61,552 nt of DNA from NCBI GenBank assembly GCA_001655205.1, contig LPNZ01005834.1:1-61552 (forward strand). Direction: 5' to 3'. The stretch is from Lenisia limosa. Its lineage: Eukaryota; Protista; Breviatea. The translations under genes and the position numbers were made by a program. The notes beneath the pieces were generated by a model that saw nothing but the letters and a program-made list of their open reading frames with translations, did not search any database and was not told where the DNA came from. Shown here one piece after another: positions 1 through 13,014 of this stretch; within the stretch, counting starts at the first letter, position 1; each line of letters starts with the position of its first letter.

Positions 1-3000
1 AGACTATCTCAACCCTCCCACTTGAACAAAGTTGAATCCGACAGTGATAGAGGCGTAGTACGCGGCTAGGTTGTGAGGGAAGGAAAGAGAAGGGCAGCAA
101 TCATTCCAGCGTACCAGTGTGGCTTTGAGCGGTCATTCTGAGCAAAATGGCACCCACAATGAAGATGAGAATGATCATGAGGATCAGGAGGTACTTGGCA
201 TTGTCCGGGCAGATCTAAGGAATGAATACACTGCAAAATTGACTTACGTTACAGACGCCGTCAGCCTTGTAGTATCCCATAATGCAGTTGGTGCATCTGT
301 CCCCCTCATAACCAGTAGCACAGGCCTCATCAGCACGTCCTGGGGGTGAGAGCCGCATTTCTATTCCAGATACCAACCTCCAAGACACGCCGCCGCCACC
401 ACGCACTGCAGGAACTCGGGCTGGCCGTTCTCCAGTGTTTCACCTACGAGTTAGAGACATAGCTGACTCACAACTCACCACTATCCCAGCATCCAGGAAG
501 GGCCACGGGGTACTCATCACCGCCCGGACAGTCGCCACATGACGGGCACTCTTCGCACTTGTTGGTGTCCGGTGACGTGTAGAACAAGGGACGGCACCAG
601 CATCTTGGGGACTACTGTGTTAAACATGTTGGCAAAGTCAATTCCTGAGCCCCTCTTACGCCCTCCGGGGAGTATGACGTGTTCGGGTTGTCATCGGAGC
701 CGTAGACACTGGAGCAAAGGTCGCAGGAGGAGCCGCCGGCAGTGGCCTTGAACTGGTTGGCGGGGCAAGGCGTGCATCTGGAGGCGCCCTCATTGGCGGC
801 AATGTATCCCGCTGGATAGTCATGTTGGCGGAACAGGACGAATCATACCAGGACAAGGGGTGTTACAATTGGGCTGGCCGAGGCTGGGGTTGTAGTACCC
901 AGGCAGGCACTTTTTACACTCATATTGGCCNNNNNNNNNNCGATTTGCCTTGTGTTCGTACCTGTCCTCTTGGGCACCGCGTGCATGCAGAAGCACCAGC
1001 CAGTGAGTATCTTCCCTTGACACATTCCTAAACAGTCAATTTGTTTCGGGTTTTCTTTCAGTTCCCCTGAAAAGAAAAGCAACAAAGAGGAAATAACGCA
1101 TAAATCCGAGGACAGCAACACACCTCGGGGTCGACCTGTCCAACTTCGCAGTAGTGGCCACGGGGACATTCAGTGCACTCATCCACAGTGGTGTTGGTCT
1201 GGGTGAAGGAGCCTGCTGGGCAAGGCTCGCAAGTCTCCCATGACTTCTGCGAGTAGTGACCCACGGGACACGGGTCGGGATTCTTTTGCCCCTCCGAACA
1301 GCTGTAGCCGGCCGGACAGTCGAGACAGCTGCTTGTTAGACGCTTGGGCATTGAACAATGACGCAAGAGATGTGAAGCGTACTAAGAAAGCCCGATCATC
1401 GGTGCGTAGCTCCCGGCAGGACAAGGCAGGCAAGTCGTGGCACCAACAGGGGACCAATATCCGGCTGGGCATGGCTACGGGTATGAGAACATGGTCTAAT
1501 TCACAAGTCCAGTCCAGTTCAGTTCAGTTCAGTTCCTCTCACCTCGGGGGCGGTTGATCCTTCGAAACAAATGTAGCCCGTGGGACAAGGCTTGCACTCG
1601 CTCTGAGCCTGATGGTCCTGGTAAGAACCCTCTGTGCAAAGAACTGGTGCCGTGGCGCGAGTCGTTTCGACAAAGGAGCCTTTCTGAGGGGGTTAACGCG
1701 AATATGATAGTTCTCAACTCTACACCCAAAGAATCACAAAGGACTTGGCGTTGTGAAAAGTTACGGACACTTACCTCGGCAGGTTGGCAAAGGGACATGT
1801 TGGTTGCAGGAGAGTAGTACCCAATGGCACAAGGGTTACAATCAGATGAGCCAGGCTAAACGTGTGAAAAAGGTAGCGCTATTTCAATTCAGTTTTGAAA
1901 GGTAAGACAGAGCTTTACACTCGAGCAAAGGAACAAAAGAGCTTAGAAATGGCTCACCAGTTGGGAATGGAAGCCCATTTCACAGACAATACACAGGTCA
2001 ATCGTTGTAGCGCCAGTGATGGGCTGCATGGACCCTTCATAACAGAGTGTGCATGCCTCGGTTTGGTGGTTCTCGGTGTACGTTCCGACGGGGCAGAACG
2101 AGCAATGGTCCTACAACGTCAGCGGCAGCCGTCAAACAAAGCCCTCACCTGGCCCTCCATATCCTGGTACATGCCGGGTCTGCAGTCTGTGCAATACTCC
2201 TGGCCGTCAGCCTCGCCATACGTTCCGACGGGACACGCCAGGCAGTCGGCGGCGCTGGTGGAAGCCGTCTCGTTGTTGTACGTCAGCATGGGGCAGGCGT
2301 AGCAGAAGGACTATGGGGTGAGTCAAGCTGGAGAGAACACTCACCATGCCCGTGTCATTTCCGTAGTGGCCGACTTCACAGGGGAGACACGTCTCCCAGG
2401 CCTCTTCCGCATAATATCCTGCAAAGCACCCCACACAGTCTGAGGCAAGCTTCGACTTGGTCTGGGGGGGGGGTAAGCAACGAAACACGATCTGCGTACA
2501 TTGGGGTTGGCGGTTCCTGCAGAGCATTTGAGACAGGTTGTTTGCTCAGTGCCTTCGTTGTAACTGCCAAATTCGCACTAAAGGAGTAAGAGCGGCAGAA
2601 CAGTACGAGGAACATGAGACACCCACATCAGTGCACGAGCCTGAAGCTTCAACTGGGGAGTATGTACCCTCGAGACAAATATCGCAGGTGGTAGCCTTGG
2701 GGGCTCCGCTGAAGCGGCCTGCGGGACATGGAAGACAGTCGCGCTGCATGGGGTCGGGCTGGGGGGTCAGAACAAACACGCTGAAATCCAGGGTCGTACC
2801 TGATTGTATCCAGGCTGGCANNNNNNNNNNGATATCACAGGTGGTAGCCTTGGGGGCTCCGCTGAAGCGACCTGCGGGACATGGAAGACAGTCGCGCTGC
2901 ATGGGGTCGGGCTGGGGGGGTCAGAACAAACACGCTGAAATCCAGGGTCGTACCTGATTGTATCCAGGCTGGCATTCGTAGCAAAAGGCCTGCCCAGTTT

Positions 3001-6000
3001 CGTTCTGATGGTGGCCGCCTTGACACGTTTCACATGTGTTTTGACCGGGCAGCGGCTGATATTTACCGATCGGGCAGATCTACAGTGTGACGGAAGGAAC
3101 AGCAAGGAATGAGGCGAATAAAAGTGCACAACAGCTGACTTCGCATTTCGTATTGCCAGTTCCGACACTATAAGTTCCAGTGGGACACTCGACACAATCC
3201 TCATTGCTGTCGGTCGACTTATACCAGCCTTCAGGACAAGCTATACGGTTATTGTTTTGGATCATTTCAAACACTACGTTGCACCATTGCATACCAGCAC
3301 AGGTGGGTCCAATAGCAGTGCCACCATATCCGGCTATGCACACGTCGCAGGTGTGCCCGGTTGTGAAAGTGGATGTGTCACACAGGCATCTACCTNNNNN
3401 NNNNNCGCTGACTTCGCATTTCGTATTGCCAGTTCCGACACTATAAGTTCCAGTGGGACACTCAACACAATCCTCATTGCTGTCGGTCGACTTATACCAG
3501 CCTTCAGGACAAGCTACACGGTTATTGTATTGAATCATATCAAAAAAAAACTACGTTGCACCATTGCGTACCAGCACAGGTGGGTCCAATAGCAGTGCCA
3601 CCATATCCGGCCATGCACACGTCGCAGGTGTGCCCGGTTGTGAAAGTGGATGTGTCACACAGGCATCTACCTCCACTAGGGTTGCAGACAATGACAGTAC
3701 CCGCATCAATCATAACCTGGGGTGATGAACAGAAAGCTGCACAGCAAATGCCCATTGCACATCACATCATGAAGCTAACCGAATTGCCGTTACAGAAGCA
3801 GGTGGTACATTCAGCGCCGTCAAGGGGAGGAAGATACTGGNNNNNNNNNNAGTGGTGAACAGAAAGCTGCACAGCAAATGCCCATTGCACATCACATCAT
3901 GAAGCTAACTGAATTGCCGTTACAGAAGCAGGTGGTACATTCAGCGCCGTCAAGGGGAGGAAGATACTGGTTCTTGCCACATTCAGAACTACACACGGAT
4001 CCGAAGATCGGATTTTCTGGGTCAGGTTCCTGGGTGGTCAGTATGACATGTAGTAGGGATAGAGCATACCTGGAGGGGGTTCTTCATTGTTGGACAGTTA
4101 TCACAAGAATCTCCGACTAAAATGTAAGGAATACCGCGAGCAATGGACAAAGAAAGACCAAAGAAAACCACCGCTCACATCCGTCATTATCGTAATCGTC
4201 CTGGGTGGGGTTGCTAATCTAAAACATGAGATAGTCTCGGGGGTGAAAAACTTACAAATGGACACGTGTCATTGAACCGAGCCTTAATTGCAGCCGGAAT
4301 GTCAAGGGGCGTGAAGGAAGTGAGATTGGCATAGCCGTCTCCGTCCAGATCATTATCGGGGTCGAACATGTTGAGGTAGTAGGTCTTGCCATCAGCCTGA
4401 AGAATTTCGCCATCACACATATCGCCAAGCCCTAATTGTTAAGATCAAATGAGGACCAACCATCGCCGTCAATATCTGACGTTTCGGGCCCATCAACAAC
4501 ACCGCATTTATCGAGGCAAACAGTGCCGTCAAGCTTGCTGTCAGTGTAGTGTTCTGAGTGGTGAGTGAGGCGTGGCGGCGGACCAACCCAGGCATTCGCA
4601 TCTGTGTGTTCCGGGCATATTGATGCAGTTGGCCTTGACGGAGCAGCCTCCATGGTCGGTCTGCGAAGTAAGGGTCGAACAAGCGGCAACTGAGTGTACG
4701 AACGCATTCCGCCTACCAGGCATTCGTCAATGTCAATACAGACGTTCAAACTCGGTAAATCATGTTCATAGCCCTCGATACATGTGCAATTGAAGAGTTC
4801 ACCACCAGAGGTCAGAGGATTCAGATTGACACAGATCTGCCGGTCAATGGGGAACAAAGCTACCTACCGTGAAAGCACCACAGTCATTGGAGCCTTCAGC
4901 ACATTCATCAATGTCAACACAGTTTTGCTGGAGAGGTCAGTTCAGTTCAGGTCAGTTTAGTTCACCCCAAAACCCACCAAGTCGTCCAGAAGGCGGTGGC
5001 CTGTCATGCAAGAACATTCGTAGCCGATAGTTGGATGTCCGGGATTGTCAAGATAGTTGGGGCAGGAGGTACCGGGAATGGGAGAACAGTCCTAAATATA
5101 AGACAAGATTGATGCAAAACAAAAAATGGGTTCACTTTGAGCTTACAGTGCATGTCTGTTCGCAGTTGCCCCTTCCGTCATTATGGAGACAGTTGTGAAT
5201 ATCTGGGGGTGAGAAAGGTCACACTGATATAAGTACATACTTGTGCACTCCAGGCCGTCAGCACCAATAAAACCATCGGGACACGGGTCACAAACAAACG
5301 TGCCTCCACAGTTGATGTCCGTGCAATTGACCCTGTGCTGTTAGAGGGCAACATGGAGATGGTGCAAGACCAGGCACTCACAATGGGTCGCAAGGGCTGT
5401 CTTCGCAGTAATTGATCTCGTAACACGTTGCATTGTCAGCACCAAGGGTCATGTGGTTGGGGCAGNNNNNNNNNNATTAGAAGGCAACACGGAGATGGTG
5501 CAAGACCAGGCACTCACAATGGGTCGCAAGGGCTGTCTTCACAGTAATTGATCTCGTAACACGTTGCATTGTCAGCACCAAGGGTCATGTGGTTGGGGCA
5601 GGAGCAGGTCCATCCTGGAGTGGTGTCACTGCACGTGTCGTAGAACGTGGCGCCGCCGCAAGAATCCAGCATATCGCAATCATCCGTTTCAAGATAGCAC
5701 TCATCGATGTTCTAAGGAGTCATTTTTGTTCATTGGTGCAGAACACCACGCCCTCATACGACACACGTGACACCGTCAGGAAGCAGTTCGTAGCCCCAGC
5801 GGCAAGTGCACTCAAAGGAGCCGAACGTGTTGTTACTAGGGGGTCAGAAGCAACGATGATGACAAGGACGGAATGGCAGTAAGATTGAATCCAACCAGAG
5901 CTCAGGGAAGAAGCAGGCGTTATTTCCAGCGCTGTTGAGAGCGCATTCATNNNNNNNNNNAATGAAAAGGACGGAATGGCAGTAAAATTGAACCCAACCA

Positions 6001-9000
6001 GAGCTCAGGGAAGAAGCAGGCGTTATTTCCAGCGCTGTTGAGAGCGCATTCATCAATGTCCACGCATGACGCGGTGTATGAGTCTCCAGAGAACCCATCA
6101 GGACAAGGGCTGCATTCATAGTAGCCTTCAAAGTTCGTGCACGTGACAGCTTCCTAGAAAAGTGAGCGTCTTGACGTCATACCAGTAGGTCACAGCCACC
6201 CTTGTTGGTTGCGCATTCGTTGATATCATCACAAGATGTCTTTCCTGGGGAGTTAGCGATGCTGCAGATGGACAGGCCCAGTGCAACATACCCGTTCCAG
6301 AGTAGCCAGGAGGGCAATCAGTGCACTCAAACGTTCCAGGGAGATTGGTGCAGTTTGTGAGGGAATGGCATTGAGTGGGGTTGCATTCGTCGACGTCTGG
6401 AGATGAGACCAAAAAAGAGACCACCAACCATCACAAGCCGCTAAGTCCGCATTGAGGAGATAGCCGTCTTCACAGGAGCATACGAAGCTTCCAGGAAAGT
6501 TCGTACAGATCTAAAGCGGTCATCACGGCGGGCATAACCCTGAGCAACCTGTCCGCAATTGTCGAGTTCGTCGGTACATTCGTCGATGTCAAGACAATTG
6601 TCCGCGTTATCCGGGTCAACAATGAAGCCGTCGTTGCACGTGCACAGGTAGCCTGGAACGAGATCCTCGCATGTCTGNNNNNNNNNNCAAGTTCGTACAG
6701 ATCTAAAGCGGTCATCACGGCTGGCATAACCCTGAGCAACCTGTCCGCAATTGTCGAGTTCGTCGGTACATTCGTCAATGTCAAGACAATTGTCCGCGTT
6801 ATCCGGGTCAACAATGAAGCCGTCATTGCACGTGCACAGGTAGCCTGGGACGAGATCCTCGCATGTCTGGGGGGGGGGGGNNNNNNNNNNCAATTTCAAC
6901 ACATTCGTTGATGTTGGTGCACGTGTAGCCGTCACCATCGAATCCTAGGATGTGAACAAACACGAAAGGAGCTCACCATTAGGACAAGGCTTGCAAGAGT
7001 CCGTGGTTTGCGTGTAGATGACAGCCAACTCAAAGAGCTCGCTTGCCGAACCTCTCAGTCCAATGAACGGCTGCGACGTTACGCTGACCAACAGGAATGA
7101 GGCAAACCTGGGTGACGTTGCCGGTGAGAGTGGCCGTTTTGTAGTTCGGGAGAACAGACGTGCTTGGTTGCACTGCGTCTGACGCTACAGCGCATTAGAA
7201 CCACCCAAGGAACATGGCAGTAAACGTGATGCACTCGCCGCCTACGAGCTACTACGCCAACAACTTCCCAAACAAAACNNNNNNNNNNAATTTCAACACA
7301 TTCGTTGATGTTGGTGCACGTGTAGCCGTCACCATCGAATCCTATGATGTGAACAAACACGAAAGGAGCTCACCATCAGGACAAGGCTTGCAAGAGTCCG
7401 TGGTTTGCGTGTAGATGACAGCCAACTCAAAGAGCTCGCTTGCCGAACCTCTCAGTCCAATGAACGGCTGCGACGTTACGCTGACCAACAGGAATGGCAA
7501 ACCTGGGTGACGTTGCCGGTGAGAGTGGCCGTTTTGTAGTTCGGGAGAACGGACGTGCTTGGTTGCACTGCATCTGACGCTACAGCGCATTAGAACCACC
7601 CAAGGAACATGGTAGTAAACGTGATGCACTCGCCGCCTACGAGCTACTACGCCAACAACTTCCCAAACAAAACTGTCGTTGGATTGGACCACTTCGCCCG
7701 CCCTGAAAAGTAAGATCAAGAGATCCCGCGGTCAAACCAGTCCACAGCGGCGGCGTAGAGGACATGTGAAATAATAGGGACTTCATCGCTGCCAGCCGAG
7801 GCGATCTGAACTGCAAACGTTGTGTCAGCTGAAAGTCAGAGAAACCAAGCCACAAGTCAACTCACCATCCAGCGCCACACCCGGGGTGGTGATGACCTCG
7901 TCAATCAGATTGGCGATGGAGGGAAGGTCCTGAAGTTCACACACGGTGATAGGTTGGTTGACCAGTCTGAGACGGTCCAGAGCAAAGTCGAAGCAAGTTN
8001 NNNNNNNNNTCAAGCCACAAGTCAACTCACCATCCAGTGCCACACCCGGGGTGGTGATGACCCCGTCAATCAGATTGGCGATGGAGGGAAGGTCTTGAAG
8101 CTCGCACACGGTGATAGGTTGGTTGACCAGTCTGAGACGGTCCAGAGCAAAGTCGAAGCAAGTTATGACGTTGGCGGTGGGGGCAGTTGTGGGCCAAAGC
8201 TCGAGGGCGGCTGGCTGAGATGGTACCAGACATGTGGTATTTTGATATGGCAAGAGATACATTGTCGTGTTGTCGGGATGTACTTGTTTTATAATGTTCA
8301 TCTTGAGGGTTAGAGGACCTGAGGAAGCAAAATGAGGATTGTTGACACCCACCGTTCCATTGAAAATGGGAGTACAATCGGTCACTAGCACAGTGACATT
8401 GATGGGAATGATAGTTTCAATAAGCTGAAGGGTGAAAATCGGAACAGTTCAGTTTAGAACATACCTCAGTTTTGTTGACCAGCTCAGTGGTGTTGAAGAA
8501 AACAGTCTCATTGACCAAGGAAGTAACGTTTTGCATTTCCCATGACGGTCCGGGTAGAGTCTGGATGGTGAGAGGTCAAGAGTAACATACGACGTTGACA
8601 AGGTTGGTGACGTTGACAAGCTGAGTGGTGTTGTGAAGAGTCGTAACGTTGACCACAGTCGTGACATTGTTCCACTGGCTCTCGGTACCGGGTTCCGTGG
8701 TGTTGTACGACACACAATCCTGGGGGAGGTCCTCCACGATGATGTCCTCCAAAGTGGTACTGTTGACAAGAACAGTCACGTTCACCGGTGTGACATCGTA
8801 ACACTCAGTAATGCCTGGTGGGGTCAGAAGAGAAATGACATAATAACACCCACCATCGAGGAAAACGAATTTGCCATATTCCACGGTGTTGAGCAGGCTG
8901 GTATCCTGGGGTACCCAGCATCCCTCGATGCTGGTGGGGACAACTTCCATGTCCATGGTGGTGGAGGAGGGATAAGTCACCTGAACTGTCAGACACGTCC

Positions 9001-12000
9001 AACACCAATGACACCCACATTAACCCAGTTGTCGACTGGAAGACACGCAAACGCAAGAGGCGTANNNNNNNNNNCGGTACCCAGCACCCCTCAATGCTGG
9101 TAGGCACAACTTCCATGTCCATGGTGGTGGAGGAGGGATAAGTAACCTGAACTGTCAGACACGTCCACCGCCCAATGACACCCACATTAACCCAGTTGTC
9201 GACTGGAAGACACGCAAACGCAAGAGGCGTAGACGCAAGACGATATGGCGTCACATCGGACAGACATCCTGACCATTCACTGCACGTACCTGCCACACAT
9301 TTCTCGTTTGTGACTGCGCATTTGCCATCAATGACATCGTAACCCTTAAAAGGTGACGAGTACATAAAGAACAAACCTGGACACAGCCGCAAGAATGTGA
9401 GCCTGCTTTGTTGGTGCNNNNNNNNNNCATCAACTAAGAGATGATGAAGGTCAGTGAATAAGGCCACGACGTCCCGCGGGCCTACCACAAGGGTATCTGT
9501 CATCACCGTCAGGATGGTAGAAGCCACTGTTACAGCTGCATTCATAGTCTCCAATCGTGTTGTTGCAATTGTGCTGGCAAATCGAAGATCCTGTATACAG
9601 GCCAGCTATAGAGTGTCAATGAAAACAAGATAGTCCTTCAAAAAGCTCCTTCCCACATCCAGCGTCCAAGGTTCCGCCATTATCAAGACACTCGTTGTCG
9701 TCGTTACAGGCAGGTCCGTCAGCTGTGAAGCCACTCAGACAGCTGCAGGACCAGAATGGATCTTCGTCTGTGCAGATCTGCTGACAATCGTCGAGACCCT
9801 CAGCGCACTGAAGACGTCAGAACCGGGCATTAAAGACATTCAGCATGGTATAACTTCACTCACCNNNNNNNNNNCGCTTCGTCAGCTGAAAAGCGGTACC
9901 CTTCGTTACAAGAGCACGTGTATGACCCAACTGTGTCCGTGCTTGAGGGTAAAACGGATTAATAAAGTCGTGATAAACTCTCCACCCACATACCAAACTT
10001 GGGCATTGACACAAACAGCCGGACTGAAGCCAACAGCACACTCGTCCACATCTACAGTGTGAGTCAACCTGGGGTGGACAAACTTTGACAGTTGGTGCCG
10101 TCGTCATAGTAGCCGTCGTCACACTCGCAGTCGTAAGAGCCGACCGTGTTGACACCTGAAAGTAAGCAACCACAAGGCATAGCGTACAATGGGAGTTCGG
10201 ACGACAAGAGGCAGTGAGTAACGTGCATTCGTCAAGGTCCTTGCAGTCATTGTAGGGTTTGCTAGTGTCTAATTCATAGCCAGCAGGACAGGGAAGGCAT
10301 CTACAGGTGAGTGACAGCAAAAAGAGCCCACTCCCATGAGGATTCGCTGATCGAGTTGCAGTTGTCCTGGAAACACGTGCCACACGGGTCCACGCGGCCG
10401 ATAACTTGAACCTACAGACAGTGTAAGAAAACAACTGCGGAATAACAGGAAGGCTGTTCGACTCAGTACCTCATTAGCCACAACTGTGGTGTAAGTCTTG
10501 GCATTTGTGGACATGAGCACCAGGTAAGAGGCCCGGGCATAGACCTGAATTAGTTATTTCTGGTCGTGGTGCTGACAATTTGTTGCTTCAGAAATACGTG
10601 AAAAATTATCAATTTTTGGTCACTATTTAATTTGGTTTTGACAATTCACCCCCACCTCTCCCCGAGACCCACCGGGACAACAACGTAGAGAGAGTGGCCA
10701 AGGCCGACGGTGTTGGAGTAGAGAACATCAACCTCCCAATCGGCCTGATCCGCAACGTCCGTGGTCGAAAGGAAGGCCTGCGTCTTGCCGTAGAGTTTGA
10801 GCTACAGAGAGTCAGCGTTCCAGGTAATTGAGATAAAGCTCTGAAGCACCCTCCCTACTGGTAAGTAGTCGGAGACACTGATGAAATTACTAGATTTGGG
10901 GAAGATGAAGCGCACCACGTCAATATAAGCCGCATAAGAGGTTGTGAAACGGATAGATGCCTAAAAAGAGTCAAATGGTCAACAACCACTGTCCATACCT
11001 TTCCGTTCATTCCAACACTGAATTGCCCGGTGAAACTGTTCGAATTGTAGTCCATGTACTCAACTTGGTCACTCAACTATTCTGTAAACAAATACAAAAA
11101 AAAAGACAACTTTCGTCAATTGCTAACCAAAAGGAAACTCTAAATATCAGCCCCCCCCCCCCNNNNNNNNNNNNNNNNNNNNNNNNNNNNNNNNNNNNNN
11201 NNNNNNNNNNNNNNNNNNNNNNNNNNNNNNNNNNNNNNNNNNNNNNNNGGGAATCATTTCTGGAGAGTGAGGCAAAGAAACTCGAAACAGCAAAACAGCA
11301 TCATATAACTGGCCCTCCAACTGGGGTAGATCATCCAGTGAATTTTGAAGTTTGCGTTGATGTTATCCGAAGATTTCCTTTCAATAACCGAAATATCGGC
11401 TCCATCAACCCTCGTTCTGAGAACAACAGTCTGAAGATTGAGGTCCCTTTGTCCGTGCTGGGTGTCAGCAAAAACGACCGGTGGGAGACTGAGCTGGACA
11501 TCCCACGAAATTGACACTTTTGTTTGATGTGTGCCGGGGTTGGCGAATTCCGATGTAACACCTGCAAAGTCAAAACACTATCTCTCTCAAAAGTGGCCAA
11601 GAAACAAACCGGAAAAGCCATCTTTGGGCCGTTGGAGGAACGCATAATTGGCAGGGTCATAGTAGTTCTTATAGTGGCTGTCACGATAAACCAGTTCGTT
11701 CTCCCACTAAAAGTGTTAATCCATCTTTTTAGGAGGCCTCAAATTCCTACCTCATTGTATCTCATCTGAGGGTTCATGAAAACGCGACTACTACTGTAGT
11801 ATGTGTACGAATTAACACCAATAAAGTTGGCATTTCCCTAAACTGTCAAACGGAAGAATACTCGGATATTTGGTGTACTAAACAGAACCCCACAAACATT
11901 AATAAAAGTCGACGGTAAACTCTCCTGGCTAGTACTCGCAAACCCTGCGTAGTAGTATTCTGAGGGGTGAAGTCAAAAAAATCCGAATAAAAGCTTACCA

Positions 12001-12659
12001 AAAGCGTTCTGTGCTGTTGTGGGACACATTTTGTGCCATGTCACGGTGCCGACATAGTGGTCACCGGAATGAGGCCTGGTGAATAAGCGCAGAACACAAT
12101 ACTTCATTACATCATTGAAGTTCAAACTCCTCTTACTCGTAGTAGAGGTTTTCACTGTGCGTATTGTAGATAAAAAAGGCTGAGTCAGAAACAGCAGAAG
12201 TGTATTCCATCTGAGCGGCAATTAATCCAACACGAAGGAGAAAAAAATGGTATAGGTTGTCATCTGGTTTTCTTTTTTTTCAATCCAAGAGGTTTAAAAT
12301 TATAAATATTAAAAAAAACCTTCTAATGTAAAAATCTACGGAATTTAAAAACTTCCGAAGGTGAAAAGTAGTGCAAGATCTTGACAACTCATAACCCACA
12401 ACAACAAAAAGTTTGATTAGTTGACAAACCTGAACAAAACATCCTTGACCAATTCCTGTACCTCCACAGTTTGGCGTTACTACATAGGTAAAGGAATAGC
12501 AACTGGGCAGACAACTTCAAAGAAGCAGACTTGAAAATAGCCGACAATCAGAAACAAGCAAAAAGTCAATCCCTGGATACCTTTGTACGAAAATGTAAAA
12601 CTAATAACAAATGTAAGCCATAGAGCAAGGAGAGCGGTAATGGGCGGCATTTTGGCCAT
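1..12659 (-). CDS. Giant Cys-rich cell-surface receptor/adhesion protein, copy A (many exons, 3' end outside window). Order: signal peptide, unknown beta-rich N-terminal domain, EGF/cbEGF repeats, NxT-rich stalk, DxDxDG motifs, laminin-EGF and GCC2/GCC3-like repeats, start of a membrane region
   Basis: Signal-like MAKMPPITALLALWLTFVISFTFSY at ATG 12659. Spliced exons give cbEGF motifs (CLDIDECTDELDNC, CIDIDEC, CKDLDEC) and CLPCPAGRFS/CEPCPAGSF repeats. Hydrophobic YLLILMIILIFIVGAILL then ASITVGFNFVQ at about 15-215. Interrupted by 10-N gaps with duplicated flanks. Confidence 0.85.
1507..1535 (-). repeat. Intronic (GAACT/GGACT)n pentanucleotide microsatellite; similar run at about 4936-4973
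   Basis: Plus strand gtccagtccagttcagttcagttcagttc lies inside the short intron GTGAGAG...GAATTAG of receptor copy A. Confidence 0.8.
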
Positions 12660-13014
12660 TTGAGAGAGCAATCAAACTTTAATTGAACCCAAGTGAAGGC
12701 CAAAAGGCATCAATTCAGGCGCTATACCACAGCCATGTAAAATGCAGTCTGATTATACCGAAATTAAAGGCATTAACGCTCTCAAATACAAGATACTACC
12801 GCACAATGCACTACACTCCAATAAACTTATCAAATATTATGTTGATAGTTTTAATAAAGTACAATTGGGTTAAGTCTTTGTCAAAAAGTAAAAATTGATT
12901 CGTTTTCACGAGTGGCATTTTTTCCATTGGACACCGCATTTCCCGTCCCGGGTTACAAAAAAACAAAATGAAAAAAAACTATTCTTCTAGAGCAAATACT
13001 CAAGGAGGAAGAAG
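12660..13014. promoter_or_regulatory. Probable bidirectional promoter between receptor copy A and GCAT
   Basis: About 355 bp between divergent ATGs at 12659 (-) and 13015 (+). No specific element is assigned. Confidence 0.4.

Noticed and set aside
2665-9235. Nine or more near-identical segment pairs in receptor copy A (e.g. 3133-3395/3406-3670, 6891-7278/7289-7670), suggesting Dscam-like mutually exclusive exons
   Set aside because: Every pair straddles a 10-N gap and begins or ends mid-exon or mid-intron. Their divergence resembles copy A versus copy B, so interleaved paralog or haplotype contigs are the simpler explanation.
12195-12263. Apparent start MTTYTIFF... with a frameshift in a T7 run
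   Set aside because: Alignment with copy B shows 12210 is an acceptor (ctcag|ATGGAATAC) and the real signal-peptide exon is at 12659.
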